A stretch of DNA of 63,993 bases, the filler included, from Bigelowiella natans CCMP2755 (Eukaryota; Protista; Cercozoa): assembly GCA_000320545.1 (NCBI GenBank). It is 7 parts of 7 records of this genome, joined end to end, with 100 filler letters (N's around TTAATTAATTAA, not from the genome) between each part and the next. Parts side by side here need not be neighbours in the genome. Positions count along the whole stretch, not along the records: positions 23,862 to 43,424 come from ADNK01002503.1; positions 43,525 to 45,814 come from ADNK01000100.1; positions 45,915 to 57,461 come from ADNK01003505.1; 4 more parts are not named here. One strand, written 5' to 3'. Below the pieces are notes generated by a model that saw only the letters and a list, made by a program, of their open reading frames with translations, was not told the DNA's origin and did not search any database. Shown here piece after piece: positions 38,101 through 49,060 of the stretch. A program made the translations under genes and the position numbers. The stretch's first letter is position 1; each line of letters begins with the position of its first letter.

Positions 38101-38983
38101 GGAATAGGGAAGAAACAAATAGTCCATGCAGTGGAAAAAATAAGTATAAAGAAGAACCGGCCTTGTTCTCGTTCGACACCCCTTATGGTGAAAGAATACA
38201 TGAAACGAATATGGCATGTCGCTTTCTCAGATTGCAAGATACTCACTCCAGGAGCCTATTTGCGTTAGCCTCCACCAAAGACTGTAAGGCCCGTCAATAA
38301 ATGCATGCAGCAGCGTGCTCAATGATAGGCAAAGCAAGCAGAACGCGTGAAACTGGTAGGCCTTGATAATCATCGATGCGAGTGCGCGGGAACGCTTCTT
38401 TCAATCATGCGTTGGCCTGGCATGTGCCAGACACAATTGTCCTTTAGGGGGGGAGGTGAGGACGTGGATACTTGTACAGCGATCCTTCAAAATACCCTAC
38501 CTGAAAATCCTTTTTTAATGCCGTTAATATCCTGCCTAAAATTTAATTTCAAAACAATGAAAACGGATTCTGCATGACCCTTTTTCTTGTCGTTTCCTGT
38601 CAATTTTCCACCCCATCGAGGAAACATCACTTATTTTTTAACCAAACATGAGGCAAATGTTGATTTGGTCGCGAAGGTCACGTTGGAGCATCGACGCTCG
38701 ACGCTGTCGCTATCTCATTTTTCGGTTTTTTTTATTTTTTTTAAACCTTTTTTTTTCGTGAAAGAGCGGGCTTTCCAGCACTGCGTCTAGCTAAGAAGCA
38801 TTTCTTAAATCTGGCTCGGATTTGTCTTAAGACGCACTCGTGAGAGTTCCTGAATTTTACTTAAAAAAAAAAGGATTTACAGAGTACCAAAGACGCAAAT
38901 TCAAATTCAAACATGTTTAACGTTCAAATTCAAACATTCTTAACTCTTAGACTAGACTCCAAAACAGAGCTGTGGTTGTCTTC

Positions 38984-41354
38984 ATGACTGCCCTGCTGCT
39001 CCTCGTGCTGGCGTCCCTGCACCTTCAGGCAAATGCACGCGTCGACTCCCAAAAGAAAAGCGCCGCGATTATCGATCTTTCATCTGAGTCATTGCTTCTT
39101 CCTGTCGTAAACCGCAGTCTTCATCACTCGCGGACTGGCCATCACAAGCATAAACATTATCATCACAAAAAAGGGCATTTAAATATGACCGTCTACGCAC
39201 CGCCTGTTGTAACGTAGAAAAGCATTTGTATTGAGACGACAGTCAATCTTGGAGGTGCCGTTAACGTTGTTGCTTCATTGGGTCTCAAGGTCAACTATGG
39301 GGAAAAAACGGAAGCTGGCCAAAGTCAATACAGCATCTCAGGATTTATCGGCCTGGAGTTTAGAGTGGGTGCCTCCTTTCTAACTATCTCACTAGGAGTG
39401 AAGGGAGAAGTTGAAATGAATTTCCTTGGGCCTAAAGGTCTCGATTCTCCCGCTGCTGTTGCTGCTTGGGCAGTCCGGAAGTACGCATACGAACATTTAG
39501 AGAAAAGCAGGATGACACATGTAGTCGCTTTGGCCACGGACAACGCGACGACAACTGATCTGAATAATCTCGAAAGTGACGTCAGAAAGGCGTGTGAAGG
39601 CACCACTTTTGCTCCCGAAACCTTACAGTAGGCCTTCAAATCTCTATGGGCGCAGTTCTCGTTCAACGTTATCTACGCCTTTTCGGCTGAAAATAAAAAA
39701 GACCTTTACGTCCCGTTACATGAATCATTTGAAAAAGCAAAGCAAGCCACCAATATCGAGGATAAGGAAACAATTTACATCGCAGCTATAGAAAAAAATT
39801 GGAGCAGGGTCTACCTGGGAAAGGACAGAGTTAGTAACGCCAATGCCACTTTTATCACAGACGGTTTTAGCTGCAAGGATGTGGATGTCAAAATGGAAGA
39901 TAATGACTTTGTCCACCCTCACTTAGATGGCATCGATGCTAGATACTATCAACAAGCCGCAAAGCGCGCCTGTATTTTATTTAAGTCGGGTATAGTTCTC
40001 GGAGAATATAGAAGCACCAAATTTCGGGACGCCAACAGACAAAACGAAAATATCAAGTCAAACTTGAAACAGTATTATCCGCATTTGTTCCCTCCTGCAA
40101 CATTGAGCGACGACGACAAAGCAAAATGGTTATCTGATCAACAGCACTGACACATTTATTCCACCATCTATTTGATTTCTTATATTTTCGCTGCCGCTGC
40201 CTGCACACGTAAAACAAGCATTTACTCGGCTATTTTCATAGGTATGAAGGCACGTATGAGGGTTTCTTCAACTTTGGGAGGCACACAGATACTGTACAAC
40301 AAGAAACCGAGTACAAGAAACTGGAAGGTGAGGGCAAGGTCAAAGTGGAGGGCGGAAAATGGAGTGGAAATGTACCCATGTCCTTAGGAATCCCTGTGTC
40401 AATGAGTCAAGCTCTCAAGGAATTGGAAAATCCAACCTAACCCAATACAGATCTTTACTGGATCATCGTCCATGGGATGATGGCAAATCGTCCATCTGTA
40501 ATGAAAAGCCTTTTCAACACCAAACTCGTCTAAGATGCAGGCTGCAGTGGGACATGCACATGTAGGCTCGACAAGGTCACCCTGAGAGCTGAATTCGGTG
40601 TCTCAATTGGCAAAGGAAATGCTATCTGCTCTGTGGACAATCCTCTAGTTATTTCAGCTGGGTATTCAAGAAATGCCACCACTTCACGTGAAACTTGCGA
40701 ACTAGGAGAGTGGGGGGAAGGATCATGGACCTACGCAATTGCAATAAACCCTATCGACTTTCTATCCTTCAACGGAGCATTTAATGCAGATGGTACCGGA
40801 TGGAAAGTAAGCGCGAAGATTCTTACCGCAAAACCACCAGGCCCAACTGGAACATGGGCAACTCTGGAGCAAGCTGGCATTGATATCCTTACCAAACTTG
40901 GACAGTCAATCGCAGTGAGCATTGCGGAATTAGCAACTCTTGCAATCAATAAAGAGCTTACACGCGAAGCTGGAGCACCAATTATAAATAAATTCTTCTC
41001 AGACCTTCAGAGTAGCATCAAAGAAGCAGCACGGGGAGGGGAGCAGCCAGCGGATCGCTTTTATCTAAGCTGGGGGTAGGAGGAGATGCTTTCATTACTT
41101 TAGCTAGAAAAATTGGTAATCTAATAGCCAGGGACGTATCCCCTGTTGAGTTTGAAACAAGTGACATGATCGGTATTGAATGCGAGCTTTCCAAGGAAGA
41201 CGACGAACCAGTCGCCATCACCTTCAATTATGTTACGAGTCAAGATCTCAAATTTGGCTCAAAGCCCATTCCCGTCGGTCCAGGCATCTCCGTCGGAGTC
41301 AAAGGATTTGGAGCCTCAGAGACTACACAGGAACTTTATCAGCTAACTATCTAG
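38984..41354 (+). pseudogene. Secreted beta-strand-rich protein interrupted by four in-frame TAG/TAA codons and one frameshift
   Basis: Signal peptide MTALLLLVLASLHLQANA. The frame is open except for TAG 39215 and TAG 39629. A likely intron at 40129-40241 joins W|YEGTYEG. TAA at 40438 and 40531; -1 shift in a G-run at ~41040; end TAG at 41354. Confidence 0.6.
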
Positions 41355-41369
41355 CTAAAGGATTAGCGT

Positions 41370-42900
41370 TCCGTGATGCCCATGACAAGTGTAGTCATTG
41401 TCGCATGCGCACACACGTGTGCAATTGCAATCATCACTTTCTCACGTAGCTCCGTTGTTGTGTCCGTATGATGTGCAATTGTGCTGTACATGTGTACGCT
41501 TTTTCTGGGGCGAGTGTGTCTGGCCGTGTGGGCACGCTGAACGCCACACTGGCACGCGTGCTTGGATGTGTGCACACGCATGCATGACCATAGACACAGC
41601 ATCGTGATCGAGATCTAGAGATGGCTAGACGGATGTAATGAACAACAATCGAGTTTCACTTTTCGCAACCGATCATCATCGTGTGTGACGACTATGGACA
41701 CAGTGACACGTCACACGTGAGACGGTGACGATGCTGAGGCATCAGAGGATTCTTCTGACTTTTCCGATTCTCAAGGGCCGACTGGCAATCGGTTTTCGAG
41801 AGGTGACGTCATTGGGTGTGAGCGAGCGAAGTCGTAGGATGGCAAACTTTGGTACGTCCTCTTTTCTGCCCAGCTCAATTAGCTAAATCTCAAGTTTCAC
41901 AATTTGTGCATGCGTCACCAAGTTTGACACACCTTGCTGTGTGGAGAGATGGAAAGAAATTGGACGCGGTAGGGTTGTCTTTGCACACGCATGTGCGCAT
42001 GCACATGGATCTCTGGGTGCACGTGCTGTGCTTTGTTTTTTGATGACGTTTGGGTGCACGCATCGCAAATTGGCATCAGTTTTCACTCAGCAGTGTTTGG
42101 TGATGCATGTTTGAAGGGTGCTACAACGCGAGGTGCTTGTTTGCAAGCACAAGGATTGTTGGGGGGGGGACATCACAGCAGATTATTGCGAGTGGCACGC
42201 ACAAGCGCATCTAGGCATGGCCTTGGTGCTGCGCTGCTGCGACAAGCTCTGGAGCTGTCAGGCCACTGCTTGGTGTCCAAAACCAGGCTAGCGGGGAAAA
42301 GAGTGGGATGTTTTCCCCGAATTTGAGGACAACTGGGGCTGCGTAGTTTTGATGCAACTAGGATGCTGCAAGTCAGTTGCAGCGTTGCAAACGACTGGCG
42401 CAAGTCCAGAAGTGGCCACATCGCACAAACGAAACAACCCGCAAGCAGGCGGTGCGTGTGAGTCCTCTTTGTCACTTCTGTGCACGCGCATGAACCATCA
42501 ATGTCGTTTGTTCAACAGGGTTTCAGCTTTGTGGTCTTGAAAAGCACAATTGCACCAATTGGCAAAGCAGTGTTGCTGGCGCCGGCTAGCCGGGCAACGC
42601 CACTGCAACACGTTGCACAGCGTGCGCATGGCGTGTGCGCTGTGACTGCACTGAATGAACGAGTGAATGAATGAACAAATGAATGGATGAATCAAGCAAT
42701 TCCACAGGAGCATTTGAGAGGATCATGGGATGTGCTGACTGTGACTCATCTGTGACCTCCTCAATCAACTGAATCTCCACTCCAACAACGGGCATCTGAG
42801 GCATGGTTTCTGGTATTTTCCGTACGTCGATTTTGGTTGTCGCAGGTGTAAAACCGCATGTATTTCTTCCAATATTCCGGGGGAAATGGCGGGCTCCTCG
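41370..42900. repeat. Decayed CpG-depleted patch D with remnant coding sequence
   Basis: TG/CA-rich with stop-interrupted protein-like frames. ggctagcggggaaaa is shared with 11380. Confidence 0.45.
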
Positions 42901-43424
42901 CTCAGCCTGGAGCAGATCCTCCATCACACGTCAGTGTTGCAGAAGAAGCACTAGCGGGCGACATGAGGGCCTTTTTTTGTAGATTAACGTAGATGCGGGA
43001 TTAGCGCGTTTGGGAGAGAATCTTGAAGGAAGACAGCGCAGCGAGATGGGGGTTCTTTCCTGCTTCAAGTTCATTTCTTCAAACTTCTTTGCATCACTAA
43101 AGACCTCCTCTGTTGCAAGGGGCCCCGGGTGGCCCAATGCGTCCTAAAAGAGTTCCATGGAAGGAAGGGGGGGGTGCTAGTAGGATGATTGGTCGTCGGT
43201 CTCTCCAGCGTTTGCTGGGGAAAGGCCCCCTCCTGGACGCGCCCCGGTCGTGGATGAAGGATGAAACAAAGAAAATATGTGAAAGCCAACATCCTGTTGA
43301 ATCGTCGGGGGAGGCATGTCAGATGACTGGGAGGTCTTATCTTATATTTTGGAAGAACTAGATAAGAACTCCGATAGCCACCACGAGTCCACGTCACCAT
43401 CTTGATCTCTGTCCCTCCTCCATC

Positions 43425-43524
43425 NNNNNNNNNNNNNNNNNNNNNNNNNNNNNNNNNNNNNNNNNNNNTTAATTAATTAANNNNNNNNNNNNNNNNNNNN
43501 NNNNNNNNNNNNNNNNNNNNNNNN
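43425..43524. other. Assembly gap placeholder
   Basis: 44 N + TTAATTAATTAA + 44 N. Confidence 0.98.
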
Positions 43525-43553
43525 AATAATAAGGAATCTCCCCGCGTGGCCAG

Positions 43554-44185
43554 CTTCGGCACAAGATGCAGTTTTTGGTAGACAATCTGCAGTTTTACCT
43601 CCAAGTCGACGTCCCTCGACGTACAGCACTCCACCCTAGAGTGCAGAATCAAGCAGGGCAAAGTCCTTCGAGGCAGTTCTCCACGCTCATCGGGTCGGTG
43701 GGTGGGTGGGTGGGTGGGGGGTGTGCCGCCCAAACGCACAAATCAGCAACAGACTGCACATTCGCAAGCATTGAAGCGCGCGCAAGCGCGCAAACACACA
43801 CACACACACACACACTTACACACTCACACAGGTGTACCTCGCGACCCTCTCGGAGCGCTGCTTCCTGCACGCGCGGGTGATCCACCGCTCGTTCCGCACG
43901 GTATTCGAGCTCTGCACGGACTTCTGCAACCTGGTGAGCTTCCAAGGGCGGGGGCCCTTCCAAGCGCCGGAGCTGCGGCGGATCCAAGCGTTGGCCCGCG
44001 AGTTCAAGCTGCAGTCGACGTTCCTGTTCTCAATGCTGGCGCAGAGCACGGGGCAGAGCGCCAGCAACCTTCACCTCCAGCAGCTCATCTTGAGGATCGA
44101 CTACAATAGGAGCTACACCCGAGAAGCGATGGCTGGGGCTTCGTCCAGCCTAGGCGCCGTTGGCACTGCTGCCGGCCGGCGGTAG
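43554..44185 (+). CDS. TUBGCP4: Gamma-tubulin complex component 4, 3' end only
   Basis: LRHKMQFLVDNLQFYLQVDVL...SFEAVLHAHR|VYLATLSERCFL...FELCTDFCNL...REFKLQSTFLFSML...HLQQLILRIDYNRSYT matches the GCP4 C-terminus (MAFLVDNLQYYLQVDVLE...LAQLLLRLDYNKYY). Two 1-nt insertions near 43612 and 43661 must be removed to restore the frame. Confidence 0.85.
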
Positions 44186-44294
44186 GCGGAGCTGTTTGTT
44201 GTCGCGATGCTGGCGGCGGCGCGTGCGTGCGTGTACGCATGCATGAGTGTGTGTATTTGTCTTGGTTGCTTCTAGCTGCAGCGACAACAATTAT

Positions 44295-45390
44295 CTATAG
44301 GTGAACATAACTATCAGAATCATAGCCATAATAATGTTTCCCGGTTCGGCGTATTGAATGTTCATTCTTCGCGAACGCGTCGATCCGCGCATTGTTAGCA
44401 TCTTCAAGTTTGACAACGGCTCGTCTGGACTGTATGTACGTACGTACATGCATGTAGTAGCTCTCACTTTGCTCAGCAAGCGGTGATGGGATGCCTGTTG
44501 ACTTCTGTGCGTGGCTTGCTGGTCGGCACCCACATGCTAGCATGGTCGGCACCCACATGGTGCACAAGCTAGTAGTCGATCTCTCACAACAAGTGTGCAC
44601 ATGTGCTGGAGAACACATGTTCTGTGTGAAAGCACACATGAACTATCCGATGAACATGTCTAGATGTGTTCATAGACAGGTTTATATGTGGCGCAGAGCC
44701 CATGGGCGCTGCTTCGTGCTGCATCATTATTTCATTGGTGACGGCTGTGTGATCAAGCTGTGATTCCAGGCAAGCAAGCTCTGCGATATGCATTGCCATG
44801 CATCTCATTTCTCTCGCATGTTACCCATTGCTGCTCTCCACATCATGAAGACATGTGTGTCTCTGTGCGTTCATGTGCGCATGCATGCGCACACCTTTAC
44901 CAATATACCTTCACATTTGCCCTTTTCATGATGCACACACAAATCATTTTTTTCCATACATATACACCTCGACACATGAGCCCGAATTTCAGCGAAATGA
45001 TAGATGTACTACTGCTCGTGTGCCTGACGGTGGTACATGTACAGAGACATGTATGTCTCTATCTAACTGACGATCTTGCCGTATGTCTCTATATCTAACT
45101 GACGATCTTGTCGTAGCACTTACCCTCTGCTAGCAGCTATCATGCATGTCGCTATCATTGCGTTCTCACCAGCAGCTGCTTAGCTTGTGGTGGTTTTAGC
45201 GCCAAACAACAGCGGTTTGATTCTCCTCCCATTTTCCAGGCTGTTGAGCCTCCAGTCGTATAGCTGGAAGCGGAAACTCACGTCGTTGTCCTTCAGCTTT
45301 GCCAGGGCCTTTTAGCATGATGATGATGATGATGATGATGACGATGATGATGATAGCGACGAGGCAGAAACGATGATCATGGACGAAAAC

Positions 45391-45434
<44 letters not shown>

Positions 45435-45530
45435 CTGCAACTTATATGCACCTTGTCCTCCTTGAAAGTCGGATGATACGTCTGATAAACCTGAACAGGG
45501 CTGCCGTACTTTGCCTTAACATTAGGAGAA
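44295..45530 (-). CDS. Orphan 3' exons of a minus-strand gene
   Basis: Splice-bounded pieces AKYGSPVQVYQTYHPTFKEDK, ALAKLKDND and SRRAVVKLEDANNARIDAFAK...DSYVHL-stop. Confidence 0.3.
44420..45190. repeat. CpG-depleted patch E with a ~30-bp local duplication
   Basis: CATG/TGCA-rich. gtatgtctctatctaactgacgatcttg is duplicated at ~45051-45110. Confidence 0.4.
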
Positions 45531-45814
45531 ATGATGTAAATACTTGTGATTTATGTTGCACACGTGAGCGTGTTTGTCAAGATAAACCTACCCCCCCCCC
45601 CCCCCCCCTAAAAGTTTTTTCCGCGGGAAAAAGCTGGCGATGGGTTTGGGGAATTGGTTTAGCAGGGGGTTAAGGGAAGGGAGAGAAATTAGGAAAATTT
45701 AGGCTTAATCTTGAAAAAGGGGGGAGGGGGGGTGTGATTAAAGTGGGAAGGGGGGGTGGGCGCCCCCCAGGTAGGGGGGGGGTATAAGGCAGGGAGAGAA
45801 GGGGGGGGGATATA

Positions 45815-45914
45815 NNNNNNNNNNNNNNNNNNNNNNNNNNNNNNNNNNNNNNNNNNNNTTAATTAATTAANNNNNNNNNNNNNNNNNNNNNNNNNNNNNN
45901 NNNNNNNNNNNNNN
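45815..45914. other. Assembly gap placeholder
   Basis: 44 N + TTAATTAATTAA + 44 N. Confidence 0.98.
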
Positions 45915-46091
45915 CCCCCACCGAAGGTATATGCACGATGCCGAAGTTATCAAGATGAGGGGGAGGAGGAGGAGGAGGAGGGGTGGCGGGGGTCTTGTTG
46001 TCGCTATTATTGCCGCCGCCGCTGCTGCTGGTGGTGGTGGTGGTACATTTGACTCGGGCAGGTTCGGTGATGTCCGAATGCTAAGTACAGA

Positions 46092-46131
<40 letters not shown>

Positions 46132-46339
46132 TACATAATTTCAATGTGTATATAATACACATATATGCTTTGTGAATACACATCTATATACGCACAATGC
46201 AGTTTCATTTATTTATTTTCCATAATTATTATCATTATCAATGTTCGCCACACGTAGGAGGATCCTGCGACAGCAGCACCCAACACATAATACAACAACA
46301 ACAACAACTATTACTACTACTACTACGCTAGAGAGCGAG

Positions 46340-46384
<45 letters not shown>

Positions 46385-47284
46385 CAGAGCTCTTATTTGT
46401 ACTGCTGCTACTACTGCAACCGATTCTGAAAAGAGCAGACGACGGGCCTCGATGATTTCCTCTCGGCTCCTTGCCTCCCCGTTCACGATTTGTAGTACGT
46501 TCCGGATCGCCAGCTCAGCCGTGGTAAAGTGTATGAACACCCCTCCGCCCTTCTCCCACGCGTATCTACATATATATATAAAGACGCAAAGAGGAGCAGC
46601 CCGAGAAGTGATATCACGACGAGAAGGCCATTAGCTATTTCTCGAGAATACACCCTTCCCAGTCTCCCCCGCCACCCCCTCCCCCACCACGCTATAGACC
46701 CAAAGACAGAGGAAAGAGGAGGGGGGGGAGATCGGCAAAAACAACGAGGAGGGAGCACAGCAGCTGGATAAAGCGCAACAACGACGACCGACCTTGCGCC
46801 TTCGTTGTCATCGATGAGGATTTTCCCAGGCCCGCTATACTCGCCCTTCTCGCGCGTGAGGCAGCATATCACACGCGCCGGTGTCTTGATTTTGAGCTGG
46901 GCCCGGCACCATTTCTGCTTGTGCTTCTTCGCAGATTTGCCGAACTTCCCTCCCGGCAGCCCCGTGAGGATGAAGGGGGGGGCAACGCGCAAGCCCGTTC
47001 GCACCCGAATCGACCCTCCTTTTCCATCAAGCTTCTGCTGCTGCTGCTGCTGCTGCTGCTTTTGGCCGTTATCGGTGCTCTCTTCGGGGTCGGCTAGTCC
47101 CTGTAGGAACTTCCATAGGCGAGGCATGCTCTCCATGGGAGGGAGGGTACGGAAGAAGTCCCCGCGAGACTGAATTCTCCGCCACATCGTATCCGCGCTC
47201 ATCGACCCCGGCGCTTGCCCGTTGGAGATCGCGCGGAAGCTTTGTTTGTACGCACGGTATTGATACATTTTAAATATGTTTATA

Positions 47285-47326
<42 letters not shown>

Positions 47327-47405
47327 TCATACACAGTAGATATTCTGTATCAGATCTTCAAAGAAGGGAATGCATTCGAACCTCTTGAGCCCCCTCCCCC
47401 CTCCC

Positions 47406-47491
<86 letters not shown>

Positions 47492-48176
47492 TCACGCACA
47501 ACTCGCATGTGTGTAGGTGTGTGCCTACGTCTACAGCATGTACCCTCGGTCAAAATCGGCCAGGACGCCATCCAGATCACAGTAGATCTCCCAATGCTCA
47601 AAAGGCTCCTCCTCCTCCTCCTCCTCCTCCTCCTCCTCCTCCTCAACTCGGGGCGGGTTTGCCCCCTCCCCTCCACCAGTCGAGCCGTCCGTCGTAATCG
47701 TTGTTATTGCTGCTGCTGCTGCTCCAACGATCGAATCTCCGCGCACACCCTTCCCCTCGCCCCGCCCCCCCCCCTCCAGAATCTGGTCGCCTCCGCGGCG
47801 CAGAACAGCCACCTTCCCTGTGCCGAAGCTGTGCCGAAGGGCGCGTTGGACGTCCGCAAAGCTGAATTCCGCCTCCGTCTGCATGAGAACGGAGGCGAAG
47901 GATCCCTCGAGATTCTCCTGGCCAAAGATGGGCTTGCTTGAGGTGCGGCAGATCCGCTTCGACTGAGGAGGGGAGGGGGGAGGGGAGTTAGGGGGGTTAG
48001 GTTGTGTGAGCTTGGGGAGGGAGATAGTTATTACATACGCTCGGCAGCGCTGCTAGAAGCAACACATAAGACTCGGCGCACTGAGTCACTACTACCACCG
48101 CCAGGCTATTCAAAATGAAAAGAGCAACCACTCTGATGATTCATGCCTTCGATAATGCGCTTCATTGAGAATAGCG

Positions 48177-48212
<36 letters not shown>

Positions 48213-48599
48213 ATTATTTGAGGAAGGGCAGCCGCACCCCCCCGGGGACGTGGATCATCGACGCCTTCCGCCCCCCGGAATGATGATTGGAAAAATAGAA
48301 ATTCGCGTTTTCGATCTCCCTCACATCCATGCAGTGTTAGTAGCAGCAGCAGCAGCAGTAGCGGGTAGTAGTAGTAGTAGTAGTAGTATGAGCCGTAGTT
48401 GTAGGGCTATTCTGGGTGCGTGTTTTGAGGCTACGGACTTTCGCCCCGAATTGAACGATCCAATGCGCGAAGCGCGGGCCCCCATAGTGCTCGTCGTAGC
48501 CCTTGTTCCGACGTGGTTGGAGATCGATGCGGAGGTCGACGATGCTGAGAAGAAGAAGAAGAAGAAGAAGAAGAAGAAGAAGAAGAGCTCATGAGTGGG

Positions 48600-48632
<33 letters not shown>

Positions 48633-48704
48633 GGTGATTGGTGATGGGATTGTTAAGTATCTATATCCGTTCAGTCCTTCCCTCCGTTTTATGTACATAA
48701 TATA

Positions 48705-48745
<41 letters not shown>

Positions 48746-49014
48746 CTTCCCCCCCCCCCCCTCCTCGATCGAAATTGTCTGCCGAACCCTTCTGAGCTCC
48801 GAAACGCCTCCCACATCCCTTTGATTCGCCCTTCATCGGCTCGGTAGTGTGTGGGGACTGTGATGACGTTCCGCGGGGAGACGCTCTTCAGAGGCGTTCC
48901 TGTGTAGTTGGCCAGTTTTCGCATCAAGTAGGTGGAGAGAACGTGCTCGCGGAGCTTCGCGCTGGCGGGGTGGAACCCAGGGGCCAGGGACTTCTCGGTA
49001 GAGATTGACACTGA

Positions 49015-49060
<46 letters not shown>

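Noticed and set aside
38984-41354. Genome-wide TAA/TAG = Gln reassignment
   Set aside because: Conserved genes in the window end at TAA (20267) and TAG (44185, 54435), and the long DUF4127 and ligase exons contain no in-frame TAR codons.
42586-43137. EEVFSDAKKFEEMNLKQ resembles the start of a DEAD-box helicase (eIF4A/DDX19)
   Set aside because: No Q-motif, GTGKT or DEAD follows in any frame. It is left as an unidentified decayed ORF with one in-frame TGA.
43600-43670. Two +1 frameshifts in GCP4 (possible pseudogene or programmed frameshifting)
   Set aside because: Both lie in short homopolymers (ccc, aaa) within 150 nt of a contig end in an essential gene, so sequencing error is most likely.
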